DNA from: Octopus sinensis
Lineage: Eukaryota
Assembly: GCF_006345805.1 (NCBI RefSeq)
Contig: NC_043005.1
Location: 47,864,001-47,928,000 of the forward strand
Direction: 5' to 3'
Length of the DNA: 64,000 nucleotides
Made by a program: the position numbers and the translations under genes
Shown: piece after piece, positions 11,357 to 22,594 of the stretch
Position numbering within the stretch: the stretch's first letter is position 1
Layout: each line of letters starts with the position of its first letter
The notes under the pieces: model-generated
Told to the model about the DNA's origin: nothing
Seen by the model: only the letters and a program-made list of their open reading frames with translations
The model's database searches: none

Positions 11357-12059
11357 TACATAGATAGATATACACATACATATATATATACATATATATA
11401 TACATACATATATCTATGTATATATATAGATATATATGTAAGTATAGGGTTATGTGTGTGTGTGTGTGTGTGTGTAGAAAAGCTATGTTAGGAAGAAGGC
11501 TTAGCAGGTCTTTAAGTACCTTGTTAAATGTAAGTTATATGAAAATATGAAAAAGCTTTGTCTTGTATCTTTTCCCTCCTCTCCAGATTTTAATTTTCTA
11601 GTTTACCATTCTAGTTACAAAAATCTATGAGACAACACGTCAGTTTTCTATTTTTTTAATTAATGCATAACATTTAGCTAAAAATATCAAATACCACTTC
11701 ATTATCTTCATAAGCTTCTAATTCACTAGCAGACCACCCCATGTTAAACACACACACACACACACACAATAAGGTGTGGCTATGTGGTACGAAGCATGCT
11801 TCCCAACCACATCGTTTTGGGTTCAATCCCATTGCGTGACACCTTGGGCAGGTATCATTCTATTTTCTTTTCTTTTACTTGTTTCAGTCATTAGACTGCA
11901 GCCATGCTGGAGCAACTTCTTGAAGAATTTTTTTAGTCGAATGTTATTGCTTCTGTGATAATTGCATTGGGTTGCTTATTTTGATATACTGATATGTGCA
12001 TAGAACTCTCAAAGGAAGTTTTGTGCAACCTCAGGGAAATCATGAGATGAGCGATGAAA

Positions 12060-12552
12060 AAGCTGGCGACCATAAAAGGGGCAATACTGCTATGCATAGG
12101 GGAGGCTAGTAACTGTACAAGGTGGCCCTTGGAAGTGAGCTGTGTAACTTGCAGTTACGAACATTCAACATAATTTCTTAAGAGTGAAATACAACATATG
12201 GCGTCAAGGATGAGATGTATAAGACATTTAAACTTGAACAACTTGGAAAAAGCTAGTGGCTGGCCAATACAGTTTGAAGCAAAACTTGAATGCGACGATG
12301 TTAAAGATGTCAAAAAGAAGCTAACATTTCTTTCTACCTGTGAAGTTGAAGCCATAATGAAGTTGAAAGTTGTTCTTTGCACAGTAAGTCTTCAGATCAC
12401 AACATACCAACAAATAAGGAATGCGTTGCAACAACTAATAAAGCCGAAGGAGAGACTGTTAATTGCAGACAGGTTAAAATTATTGGAACTAGAGCGACTA
12501 GAAGATGAGTCAATCAATGACTTTCTTCTTAGGATTAATTCTCAAGCTTACT
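12060..12552 (+). mobile_element. Gypsy-type LTR retrotransposon gag remnant
   Basis: ORF 12198 contains KPKERLLIADRLKLLELERLEDESINDFLLRINSQA (gag-like Q..ESI..F..RL...A pattern). PBS-like TGGCGACC at about 12064. Confidence 0.6.
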
Positions 12553-12870
12553 TCTGTTCAAACAGGGTCACGTTTTACAGTGAAAAACAGCTTCACATTT
12601 GCTTTGGAAAACCTAATATATGTATTAACTTGCTCAGGGTGTCAAGAACAATACATGGGCCAAACCAAAAACAGTCTATGGCAAAAGACGACCTTACATA
12701 GATCCCAGATTAAAATTCGAGGATACAGAAAAATAGCATTCAGTGAACACATCGACATTTGTGCCACTAACGAACAACCCAACTTCAGAATTTTTCCACT
12801 CTGTAAATTCAGGGACGATGCAGCCTATAATCGGTGCATTAGCAAAGTCATATTTTATCACAAAATATAA
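12553..12870 (+). pseudogene. GIY-YIG endonuclease fragment of a Penelope-like element
   Basis: SFTFALENLIYVLTCSGCQEQYMGQTKNSLWQKTTLHRSQIK...FSEHIDICA...FRIFP: LIY...CxxC...YMG motif typical of PLE GIY-YIG domains. Confidence 0.85.
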
Positions 12871-13288
12871 ACTGGCCCTTATGAGCCAGGTATGGCTCGA
12901 GAAGGAACAAACGTAAGTTTCTAACTGACCCATACCTTGCAAGTAAGATTAGTTAATGGAAACTGTACGGAAGCATGTTGTATATTCAATGATGTGTATG
13001 CATGCTTGCATACATGTGAGTACGTGTGTGTATGTGCGTTTATTTCCATGTATCTTTGCCTCTGCTGCCAATTCTGTAATAATGAAATTACTTTTATATA
13101 TTCTGTAAACAATTTATCCTGTAGTTTGGCTGTTTCAGCAATTTTAATGCATGAAGACTTGTGGAGTCATAATACCTTATTTCAAAAACAGATTACCGTT
13201 TAGTGACAAGAAGAGCTTCTGGCCATGGAATTTTGTCTCAATAAGTCTCTTCTAACCTGTGCCAGAGAAGTAAAAGCAGAAATAAAAA

Positions 13289-13582
13289 TGATGACGACAA
13301 CAATGATGAAGATGATGATGACAACGACGACGACGATGATGATGATGATGATACAATGATGAGACACTAATGATATCAACGGCAACGACAACAATGAGGA
13401 TGAGGATGATGGGGATGAATACAAGGATGAATACAAGGATGATGATGATGGTGATGGTGGTGATGATGGTGATGATGATGATGATGATGATGACGACGAC
13501 GACGACGACGACGATGATGATGATGATGATGGGGATGATGATGATGAAGGTGATGATGATGATGAAGGTGACGATGATGACA

Positions 13583-13617
<35 letters not shown>

Positions 13618-13858
13618 GGTGACAATGATGATGACAATGATGATGACAATGTTGATGATGATGATGATGACAATGATGACAATGATGATGATGATGATGA
13701 TGATGACGATGAAGGTGATGATGATGATGAAGGTGACGATGATGATGACGATGATGATGATGAAGGAGATGATGATGATGATGAAGGTGACGATGAAGAT
13801 GACGATGACGATGACAATGACAATAATGACTATGATGATGATGATGACGATGATGATA
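13289..13858. repeat. Compound (GAT/GAC/GGT)n trinucleotide repeat, about 570 bp
   Basis: Produces the poly-M, poly-S, poly-H and poly-I ORFs in the track. Confidence 0.95.
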
Positions 13859-14769
13859 ACCATTCACCTAGTAGACTAGCTCCCTGTTAACTCAGCCAGC
13901 AACGAAACCGCTCATATGATAACTTTGCTATTTAAACTTCTCTCTGTGAAAATTTTTCATTTGAATTGGATCTAACATGATTTCACTCTTGGCAAGAATA
14001 AAATGTTTAATTTAAGAATTATAGTGAATCTCTTTCTCTACTCTTTTGAAACACATAAATGGATCAAATAATTCACTTCTCTTATATCACATTCACTTTT
14101 GTATGCAATCCATGATGTAATATTCAGTTTTGTTACTGGTCTATTTATCCTTGCTTTGCAATTTTGATTAAAATTGAATATTGTGTGCACTTATCAAGTT
14201 GAATATAGTTTGTATCAGTTATATTCCAGATGTCACATTTCTAAAGAATTTAGCATGTTTCTTTGGCTGAATCTACTTCTTTGAATATCATAATATTTCC
14301 AAACTTAAATGAATTCTTCTTCAACAACTCTTCATCTTGTTCTTTTTAAAGAAATTATTCCAATGGTATCTTCTTATATTGCATTTACCATATTCTACAA
14401 TGACATGTCAAAAGCAGGAAATATTGCCAGCATCAGTTTTCATTCTCTTTTTCTTTTTCTTCTTCTCGTTACCATGTGATGTTGTATATTTTCTGGATGC
14501 AGTATGGCCTAGTGGTTAAGAAGTTCACTTTGCACTCAAGAGATTCTGGATTCGATTCCACTATGGGACATGTTAGGTAAGTGTGTTTTACTGTAAGCTC
14601 TGGTTGAGTCAAATTTTGCAAATGAGACTTGCTTGTATCTGTTATTTAAACATTTGCCTCTCCTGTGTATCACATGTGGCATACAGAATATATTTTCCTG
14701 GCATCCATGTACTCTCCTCACTTCTACTCCCTCCTCCTGGCTGAGGGGATTTTTGTCCTGCAAGTTACT

Positions 14770-14910
14770 TGATAACCCTGTTGGGACTGGTACCATATAA
14801 AAAGCACTGGTGCTGGTGTCCTATTCAAAGTACTGGTGCTGGTGCCATGTAAAGAGCACTGGTGATGGTGTCACATACAAAACACTGGTGATGGTACCAT
14901 GTAAAAACAC
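14770..14910 (+). mobile_element. Fragment of an RTE-associated non-autonomous element (family E minisatellite part)
   Basis: (CATGTAAAAAGCACTGGTGATGGTG)-type units as in 16850-17160. Confidence 0.6.
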
Positions 14911-15007
14911 ACGTTAAGGGATAGGGATGTAAACAAACCAACACCAATCATCAAGTAGTGGTGAGGGACAAACATGCACAAAGTCACATACACATAGTCA
15001 CTGTTGT

Positions 15008-15046
15008 AGCAGAGTGGCGCAGTGGATGCATGCTGGGCCCATAACC
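15008..15046 (+). pseudogene. 5' half (39 nt) of initiator tRNA-Met fused to a SINE-type tail (to about 15100)
   Basis: AGCAGAGTGGCGCAGTGGATGCATGCTGGGCCCATAACC is 36/39 identical to the conserved animal tRNAiMet 5' half (CAT anticodon). The T-arm and acceptor 3' half are absent. Confidence 0.85.
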
Positions 15047-15679
15047 AAACGGCGGTGCATCAGCATGGCCACAGCTCTGAGCTGAAACAAGAAAAACGAA
15101 AAATATATATATGTTAGTATATATGCCTTGGTTAGTCCAGGGCTATAGCAGGAGACACTTGCTCAAGGTGCCATGCAGTGGGCCTGAACTTGGAACCAAG
15201 CAGCTGGAAAACAAGCTTCTTACTACACACACAGCCATGCCTGCACATAAGATGGTGAGCTTATTCATGTCTTAAAGTAAACTTGTTGTCATGACAACTA
15301 TGGTTGCTCTCAGCAAGGTTATCAATAGAGGAATTGTCATATTGGTCATTAGAGATGGCAATGACTTTCCTGGTGGAAAACAGTAACTGTTAAGTTTCTT
15401 TTGTCATTTAACATTAAATTTGATTCACCATTTTCTTAGATTTTTCATCATTCTTGTTGTTGTTTATTTCTTATTTGAGCAAAATGATGACGAAAGAAAT
15501 TCAAGCTTTTTTTATGTGTACAGGCCTTGCAAACCCTTTACAACATTATTGAATGTGCCATGCTTTTAATGATGCTATGATATAATTTGAAAGAGATTCA
15601 GCTGCTATTTTCAGCTGCTTTAGAAAACCACATTAAGCCTCCCTCGCTAGTTCTAGTTTTCTTGTTAATATCAGCCGAG

Positions 15680-16125
15680 AGAAAGGTGGTGCACTGGCTG
15701 AATCATTAGCACACTAGGAAAAATGTTTCTCAGCATTTCGTTTGTCTTCATGTTCTGAGTTCAAATTCCATCAAGGCCAATACTTTCATTCTTGCTGGGA
15801 TAATGAAATAAGTACTAGTCAAGCACTGGAGTTAAGGCAATCGATTTATTCCCTTCACCGAAATTGCTGGCCTTGTGCCAAAATTTGAAACCAATATCAA
15901 CTAAGAGTAAGGTGGTGAGCTGGCAGAATCATTAGCACACTGTGCAAGATGCTTAGTGGCATATTGTTTGCCTTTATGTTCTGAGTTCAAATTCTTTTGA
16001 AGCCAACTTTGTCTTTCGTCCTTGCAGGGTGATAAAAAAAAGTACCAGTCAAGCACTGAGGTCAAGGCAATCGACTTTGCCCTTCACCTGAAATTGTTGG
16101 CCTTGTTGGCCAAAATTTGAAACCA
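15680..16125 (+). mobile_element. Two tandem SINE family B copies
   Basis: Head GGTG..CTGGC.GAATCATTAGCAC occurs twice. Confidence 0.8.
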
Positions 16126-16474
16126 ATGCTTCTAGGATATAATTCAAAAGTAATTCAGCTGCTATTTTCAGCAGGTTTAGTAACCACATTAACTATCCCA
16201 TGTTGGTTCTAGTCTTGTTGTTAATATCAGTTGAGAGTAGGTATCAAAAAGTTTCATTCTCTCAAAGACTCATATCAAGTTTCCATTAATTTTTGTTGGA
16301 AGAAAGAACTAATCCAGTAATGGCTTCTAATACCATTCATATTGATTTCTAACACAAGCTACTGGGAATCAACTAATACAATAATGCATATTATTTCTGC
16401 ATTATCTTATGTCGATGGTATATGTTTGAAGTTGAACATATTTTCTATAATAATGAAAACAGGTACATATTGTA

Positions 16475-16604
16475 CAGTTCTATATAACCACTACACCATA
16501 TGCCCACAGGCATATGGTGTAGTGGTTAAGAGCACGGGATACTAACTCCAAGATTCTGAGTTCAATTCCAAGCAGTGACCTGAACAATAAAAACAATAAC
16601 AAGA

Positions 16605-16635
<31 letters not shown>

Positions 16636-16800
16636 TGACATCAAAAAATACCTTAGGAATGAGAACCCAGGTTCGAAATTTCCCCAAGTCACCTGAAGAA
16701 GGCTGGAGGGTATATCAGCCGAAACGTGTTAACAACAAACAAGATGAGGACAAATAACCCTCGAATGTAAATAATGTAAATAATGTAAATAATGTAAATA
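16475..16800 (+). mobile_element. HHR-SINE with inverted 5' mini-copy and 14-bp TSD
   Basis: Head at 16509 (GGCATATGGTGTAGTGGTTAAG...GTTCAATTCC), (AAT)n, HHR remnant, (AATGTAAAT)x4 tail. AGGTACATATTGTA at 16461-16474 and 16801-16814. Confidence 0.85.
16688..16730 (+). ncRNA. Degenerate HHR (3-nt deletion removes the NUH site)
   Basis: GTCAC-CTGAAGA-A-GGCTG gagggtatat CAGCC-GAAAC-GTGTT, versus GAAAC-GTT-GTGTT in the other copies. Confidence 0.65.
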
Positions 16801-16829
16801 AGGTACATATTGTATCTCTAAGCTTTATG

Positions 16830-17330
16830 ATTTTGTAGAATTAAAGTGTTGTGTTGCCTTGCAATGAATGTGGTGATCATGCTGGTGTTGGTGCCAGGCA
16901 AAAAGCACTGGTGATGGTGCAATGCAAAAAGCACTGGTTATGGTGCTACATAAAAAGCACTGATGCTGGTTCCACATAAAATGTACTGGAGATGGTGCAA
17001 CATCAAAAGCACTAGTGATAGAGTCATGTAAACAGCAGTGGTGATGATGCCATGTAAAATGTACTGATGATAGTACCATGTAAAAAGCACTGGTGATGGT
17101 GCCACATAACAAAAACACTGGTGATGGTTCCACATAAAAACGGACAAGTGATAGTATCATGTTAAAAGTTCCCAATATACCCTGTAAAGTGGTTGACAGT
17201 TGTAGAAACCATGCCAAAATAGACTATGGAATCTGATGCAGCATTTGGCCATGCCAGCTCCTGTCAAACCATCCGACACATCCCAGGATAGAAAACTGAT
17301 GTTAAATGATGATGATGATGATGATGACAA
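16830..17330 (+). mobile_element. RTE-associated non-autonomous element (family E) with internal ~21-24 bp minisatellite and (GAT)n tail
   Basis: Minisatellite, then ...CAGTTGTAGAAACC...GATGTTAAATGATGATGAT. Homologues at 37490-37950, 59050-59530 and 61190-61500. Confidence 0.7.
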
Positions 17331-17550
17331 AGATTTCATGAAAGAGATATTTCTGTCTGGTGGTTCTCAAACAATGCCACTTTGCAAGTGTGGAATGGAT
17401 TTCAAAATATGGATTTTAAAAAATAATTAAATCCATACTATTACTTAAATGCCTTGTAAAACATGTTACTCATAATTTTTTCTATACAAAAGTATGATTA
17501 ATAAGTTAAGGTAAGCAATAGTGTTCTATAGTTTTTCTGAATTTTCAACT

Positions 17551-18184
17551 TTAATCCTCTAACATTTAAAGCAGTCATATCCAGTAAAAAATTTCATCTC
17601 TCTTACACTCAAACTGGCCAGATCTTACCTTTCACACCTACTCCACAATGTCATTCTAAAAATATAAAATCAGGCACCGGCATGGCTGTGTGGTAAGAAG
17701 TTTGCTTCCCAACCAAATGGTTTTGAGGGAGTTCAGTCCTACTGTGTTGCATCTTGGGCAAATATCTTCCACTATAGCCTTGGGCTGACCAAAGTCTTGT
17801 TAGTGGATTTGGTTGACAGAAAGTGAAAAAAGCCCTTGTGTGTCTGTGTGTCCTTGTGACTGTGTTTGATCCCCTCCACTGCTTGATAAAAGTGTTGGTA
17901 AGTTTACGTCCCTGTAACTTAGTGGTTCAGCAGTAGAAACTGATAGAATAAGTACCAGACTTTATAAAAAAAAAATTAAGTACAGATGTCGATTCGTTTG
18001 ACCAAAATTCCTCATGGTGGTGACCCAGGATGGCCACAGTCTTATGACTGAAACAAGTACTTTATAAAAGCTAAAATCATATCATCAAAATCTCAAAGCT
18101 ATGATATAACACCTGATTAATTCAAAACATTGTAAATAAATAAGCATAACACTTGACAGAGTAATTTGAACGCCAAAGGGTTAA
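17551..18184. mobile_element. TTAA MITE interrupted by a SINE-A (about 17671-18058)
   Basis: TTAATCCTCTAACATT...GAACGCCAAAGGGTTAA. The two halves match 10387-10615. Confidence 0.75.
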
Positions 18185-18454
18185 ACTGGTTTTCCTTTAA
18201 TCTTCCATGCAGAGTGCATTAGTAATTTGATCTCCAATGTTCTAGGATGTCAAAACATTTCCAAACACATTTTCTGGCCTTTTTACAATTTTGTTAGCAT
18301 TTGTTTAATCAAACATACTGTACATGTTTTTCAGTTAATTTGCATCTTTTATAAACAAGCAATTGAAGGTGCTTAATAATACTAATAACTTCTTCATCAT
18401 TATTATTATTATTAGCATTATTATTATTATTATCATTATTAGTAGTATAAGGTG

Positions 18455-19085
18455 GAAGGTTCGCTGAACTGGTAGCACACCAGGCAACATGTAGCATTTC
18501 ATCTGTCTTTACGCTTTGAGTTCAAATTCCACCAAGGTCACCTTTGCCTTTTGTACTTTCATGGTCGATAAAATAGATACCAGTTGAGCACTGGGGTCGA
18601 TTTCATTGACTTACCCCCTCCCCGGAATTGCTGGCCTTGTGCTAGAATTTTAAACGATTATCATTACTATTATAAGGTGGTGAGCAGGCAGAATCATTAG
18701 CATGCTGGATGAAATGCTTTGCAGTATTCCACCCTGTGATGCATTCTGAGTTCAAATTCCACCAAGATCGATTTTGCCTTTCATCCTTTTGGGGTCAATA
18801 AATTAAGTATCAGTGAGACACTGAGGTCAATGTAATCAATCAGTCCCCTCCCCACAGATTTCAGGCCTTGTACCTTTAGTAGAAAGGATTGTTATTACTA
18901 TTATTGTAAGGTGGCAAGCTGGCTGAATTGTTAGCATGCTGGACAAAATGTTTCCTAGTATTTCATCTATCTTTATGTTCTGGGTTCAAATTTCTCCAAG
19001 GTCAACTTTGCCTTTTATCCTTTTGATGGGGTCAATAAAATAAGTACCAGGTTGTAATCGACTTTCCCACTTCACTGAAATTACT
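18455..19085 (+). mobile_element. Three head-to-tail SINE family B copies
   Basis: Each is preceded by (ATT)n-ATAAGGTGG and carries the GAGTTCAAATT B box. Confidence 0.8.
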
Positions 19086-19474
19086 GGCATTCGGATTGAA
19101 TCCAGAACCATGTGGTTGGAAAGAAAACTTACTACACACCCATGCCTGTGCCTTCTATACATAGTATACGAGATACTATTAAGATATAAATAAAACTGTA
19201 TGTAACTATTTTGAGTGTTCTTAAATGCTTCAGTTTTAATACAAGTTCTTAGATCAAGTCATCTGCCAAACATTTACAACTCTGGGATATATGTTTTAAT
19301 TTATTTCATAATTTGTGAAGAGTGACATTGTTGGTTACAGATTTCTAAACCATTGGTTCACAGCATCACTGGTAGTGGGAGGCACATCTGTAACTTGATT
19401 CAGTCCAAATAGCACAAGGGACTTCGTACAGCATCTGTTTTGACATTTTCTCAAAAATATTTATGTATTTTTGC

Positions 19475-19720
19475 TGATATCCAAGGATGAGCTGAAAAGT
19501 TCATAGCCTGACAATGGAAGATTAATGCAAGAACTGCGAAATTTGGCATGCATTAATTTCAAAACTTATCATTAACTACATTGCCTCTTTTTAGGTAAAC
19601 TGACATTTGACTGTTTAGAGAAGACTTCAAAAGTAAATAATAGCAACGTCTCTTGAAAATGGAAAAAAAATTGACTTTGCAATGTTATCAAGGACCTACA
19701 GAAAAAGGGTTTTGCAAGGC
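19475..19720 (+). mobile_element. Mariner 5' end fragment
   Basis: GAGCTGAAAAGTTCATAGCCT TIR-like sequence and an MEK..D..NVIKDLQKKG-like start. Confidence 0.55.
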
Positions 19721-19950
19721 TGGCTAATTTGGAAAATAAATGTGTATATATATATATATATAATATATATATATATACGATGAGCTTCTCTCAGTTTCCA
19801 TCTACTGAATTCACTCACAATCCTTTGGTCAGCCCAAGGCTATAGCAGAAGACACTTACCCAAAGTATCACAGAGTACGATTGAACTCAGAACCATGTGG
19901 TTGAAGCAAGCTTCTTATCACATAGCCATGCCTGCACCTAATATATATAT

Positions 19951-19985
<35 letters not shown>

Positions 19986-20231
19986 ACATATTATATATCA
20001 GATAATATATATTATAATATATGTTTATCTATTTATATATATATATACTTATATATTTATATTTATATATATATAACATATATATATATATATATATACA
20101 TATATACATACATATATATATATACTCATATACATATACATACATATACATACATCCATACACACACACACACACACATATATATATGCATACACACACA
20201 CGCATATATATATATATGTATGTATATATAG

Positions 20232-20378
20232 AAACTTGCTGTCAGTTCAAATATACCTAAGGCATATTCAGAACCATAAGAAAGCCATTCATTGCATTTT
20301 CTCCATGACAAAATACAATGAATGGCTTTCTTTTGAGTTCGAATATGCTTCAAGTATATTTGAACTGGTAACAAACTT
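20232..20378. repeat. Imperfect palindrome (about 68-bp arms, 9-nt loop) inside (TA)n
   Basis: ...AGAAAGCCATTCATTGCATTTT-ctccatgac-AAAATACAATGAATGGCTTTCT... Confidence 0.85.
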
Positions 20379-20629
20379 GTATTTATACACATCACTGCTT
20401 AGCACTGTAACACCATATAATATCTATATATATATGTATGTATGTATGTATGTATATGCTGATGCAACGGCAGTGCATCAGCATGGCTGCAGCTCTGAGG
20501 TGAAACTAGAGAAAAAAAAATATATATATGTATATGTATAAACATAAATATATATCAAGATATAGATAACTGTACATGTGTGTGTGTTTGTGTAAATGTA
20601 CATGTGTATGTGAATGTGTTTGTATATAC

Positions 20630-20706
<77 letters not shown>

Positions 20707-22259
20707 TAAATAGATATAGATAGATAGACAGAGAGACAAACAGACAGGCAGACAGACAGGAAGATAGGTCGATGAATTATTTTCCCCACAGATTCTAACT
20801 ACAAAAATCCCCTCACAAGTTATTGCTTCCAAAGCTATCGTAGTGCTGTGCTGTGAGATCAAATGCAGATCAACCCACATAAGAATGAAACATTTTATCC
20901 ACATACCCATTTCTGATAAGCTCCTTCCAATCCATATTTCTGTACAGCAATCATAACTTTCTTTGTTCTCTCTTAATTTCATATTCAAAAATTAATTTAA
21001 TTGTTGGTAAAATTATTTATTTCTCTTAAAGAAAATTGGTTATACTTATTTTGACATCTGATGGCCCAACCCATGCCAGCATGGAAATCAGATGTTAAAT
21101 GAGGATGATGATTAAATGAGGATTCCTTATTACCCCATTGTTTGGTGTTGTTTGTTTTGAATATTTTATCACTGGCATATTGAATCCCTAAAGTACTTGG
21201 GGTGATGTACTTGTAAGCTACTCCAGTAGTTGAAATATTTCATCAACACAATAATATACGTTTTTCCTTTGTTTTGTATATTGGATATATGTATGATATA
21301 TTGTGTGCCAGTCTTAATTCTACATGAATCATTTTATCAGTAATGTTTTACATATTTATTAAAGGGATGCAATTCAAAGTTTTCACTTGGTTTAAGAACA
21401 TATTGCTAGTGTCACTTAGTCAAGTGACTAAACAGAAAGTTCTTCACAGACAAATACTACTTTAAAATGCTTATGAAATTAATTGTTTTAACCAGAGAAT
21501 TGATAACACCAATGCCTTTTCCATTTATCCATGCTAGCATTTTACTTCTACTATCAAATTTATATTCATACACAAATGCACAAATGCATATATGCTCGAG
21601 TACATATGTATACATTCACAAACACAGACACTTACTTGTGTATGCATTTGTTTTGTGTGTGTTTATGTGCGTTTTATAGATGTATATAATTCAAGATAGA
21701 TTGTTTCTAGTGGTCTGTCATATATTTATTCCCAAATATTTTCCACTACAAACATTTTGTTATTGATATTCTTTGTGCAGCATTTAATAACATATCAGTA
21801 ACAAGATAATATTGTAAACTATAATTTCAATCCAATATTTTCATTGAATTATTATATCTAAGAGATAGTCTAAACAAGTGAATATGGAATCACAGTTGAT
21901 AATCTGATGGAAGAAATTAATGAAGACCATGTAATATATAATATATAACAGCATACAATATATGGGTTCCTCAGTTATTCGGTTTGTAACTCTTGAAAGC
22001 ATTAACCATACACATGAAAATTACTTATTTTGTTCAGCTTGTGTTATAGCATATTTCTATATCTATTTTCATGCAGAGAAATTTGCAGAATTATGCTATG
22101 GTGTTAAAAGTTATATAGAAATAATTTCATTTATTTTTTTTAAAATTCTATATGTATACAAGAGGAATTAGAAATGTAGGCCTGTAAATATAAGTGAAAT
22201 TTCGAAATTAGGAATGATGTAAATCTGCAATGCATTCTATGTATATATTTAGATGTCTG

Positions 22260-22575
22260 TGTGAAGGTATGTGACTTAGTGGTTAGGTATTTGGATTATG
22301 ATCACAAGGTCCTGAATTCAATTCCCAGCAGTGTGTTGTGTCCTCCTTGTCCAAGACACTTTATTTCACATTGCTCCAGTTCACTCAGCTGACAAAAATT
22401 AGTAGTACCTGTATTTAATAGGTCCAACATTGTAACATTCTGTGTCATGCTGAATCTCCCTGAGAATTACATTAAGGGTATGCATATCTGCAGAGTTCTC
22501 AGACACTTGCACATTAATTTCACAAGCAGTTGCTCCATTGATTAAACCAATAGCAACATTTGTTGTTGTAACCGA
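22260..22575 (+). mobile_element. SINE family D (old copy)
   Basis: tRNA-like head GTGACTTAGTGGTTAGG...; body TTGCTCCAGTTCACTCAGCTG...TTAAGGGTA...CACTTGCACATTAATTTCAC. Confidence 0.75.
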
Positions 22576-22594
22576 GTGAATTATTCAGATATCT

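Noticed and set aside
13200-13879. Poly-Ser/His/Met/Ile ORFs of 160-207 aa
   Set aside because: Translations of a (GAT)n compound microsatellite.
13197-19425. Minus-strand exon candidates (KRLIETKFHGQKLFLSLN; KSLVLFGLNQVTDVPPTTSDAVNQWFRN)
   Set aside because: Weak or ambiguous acceptors and no phase-consistent chain could be built.
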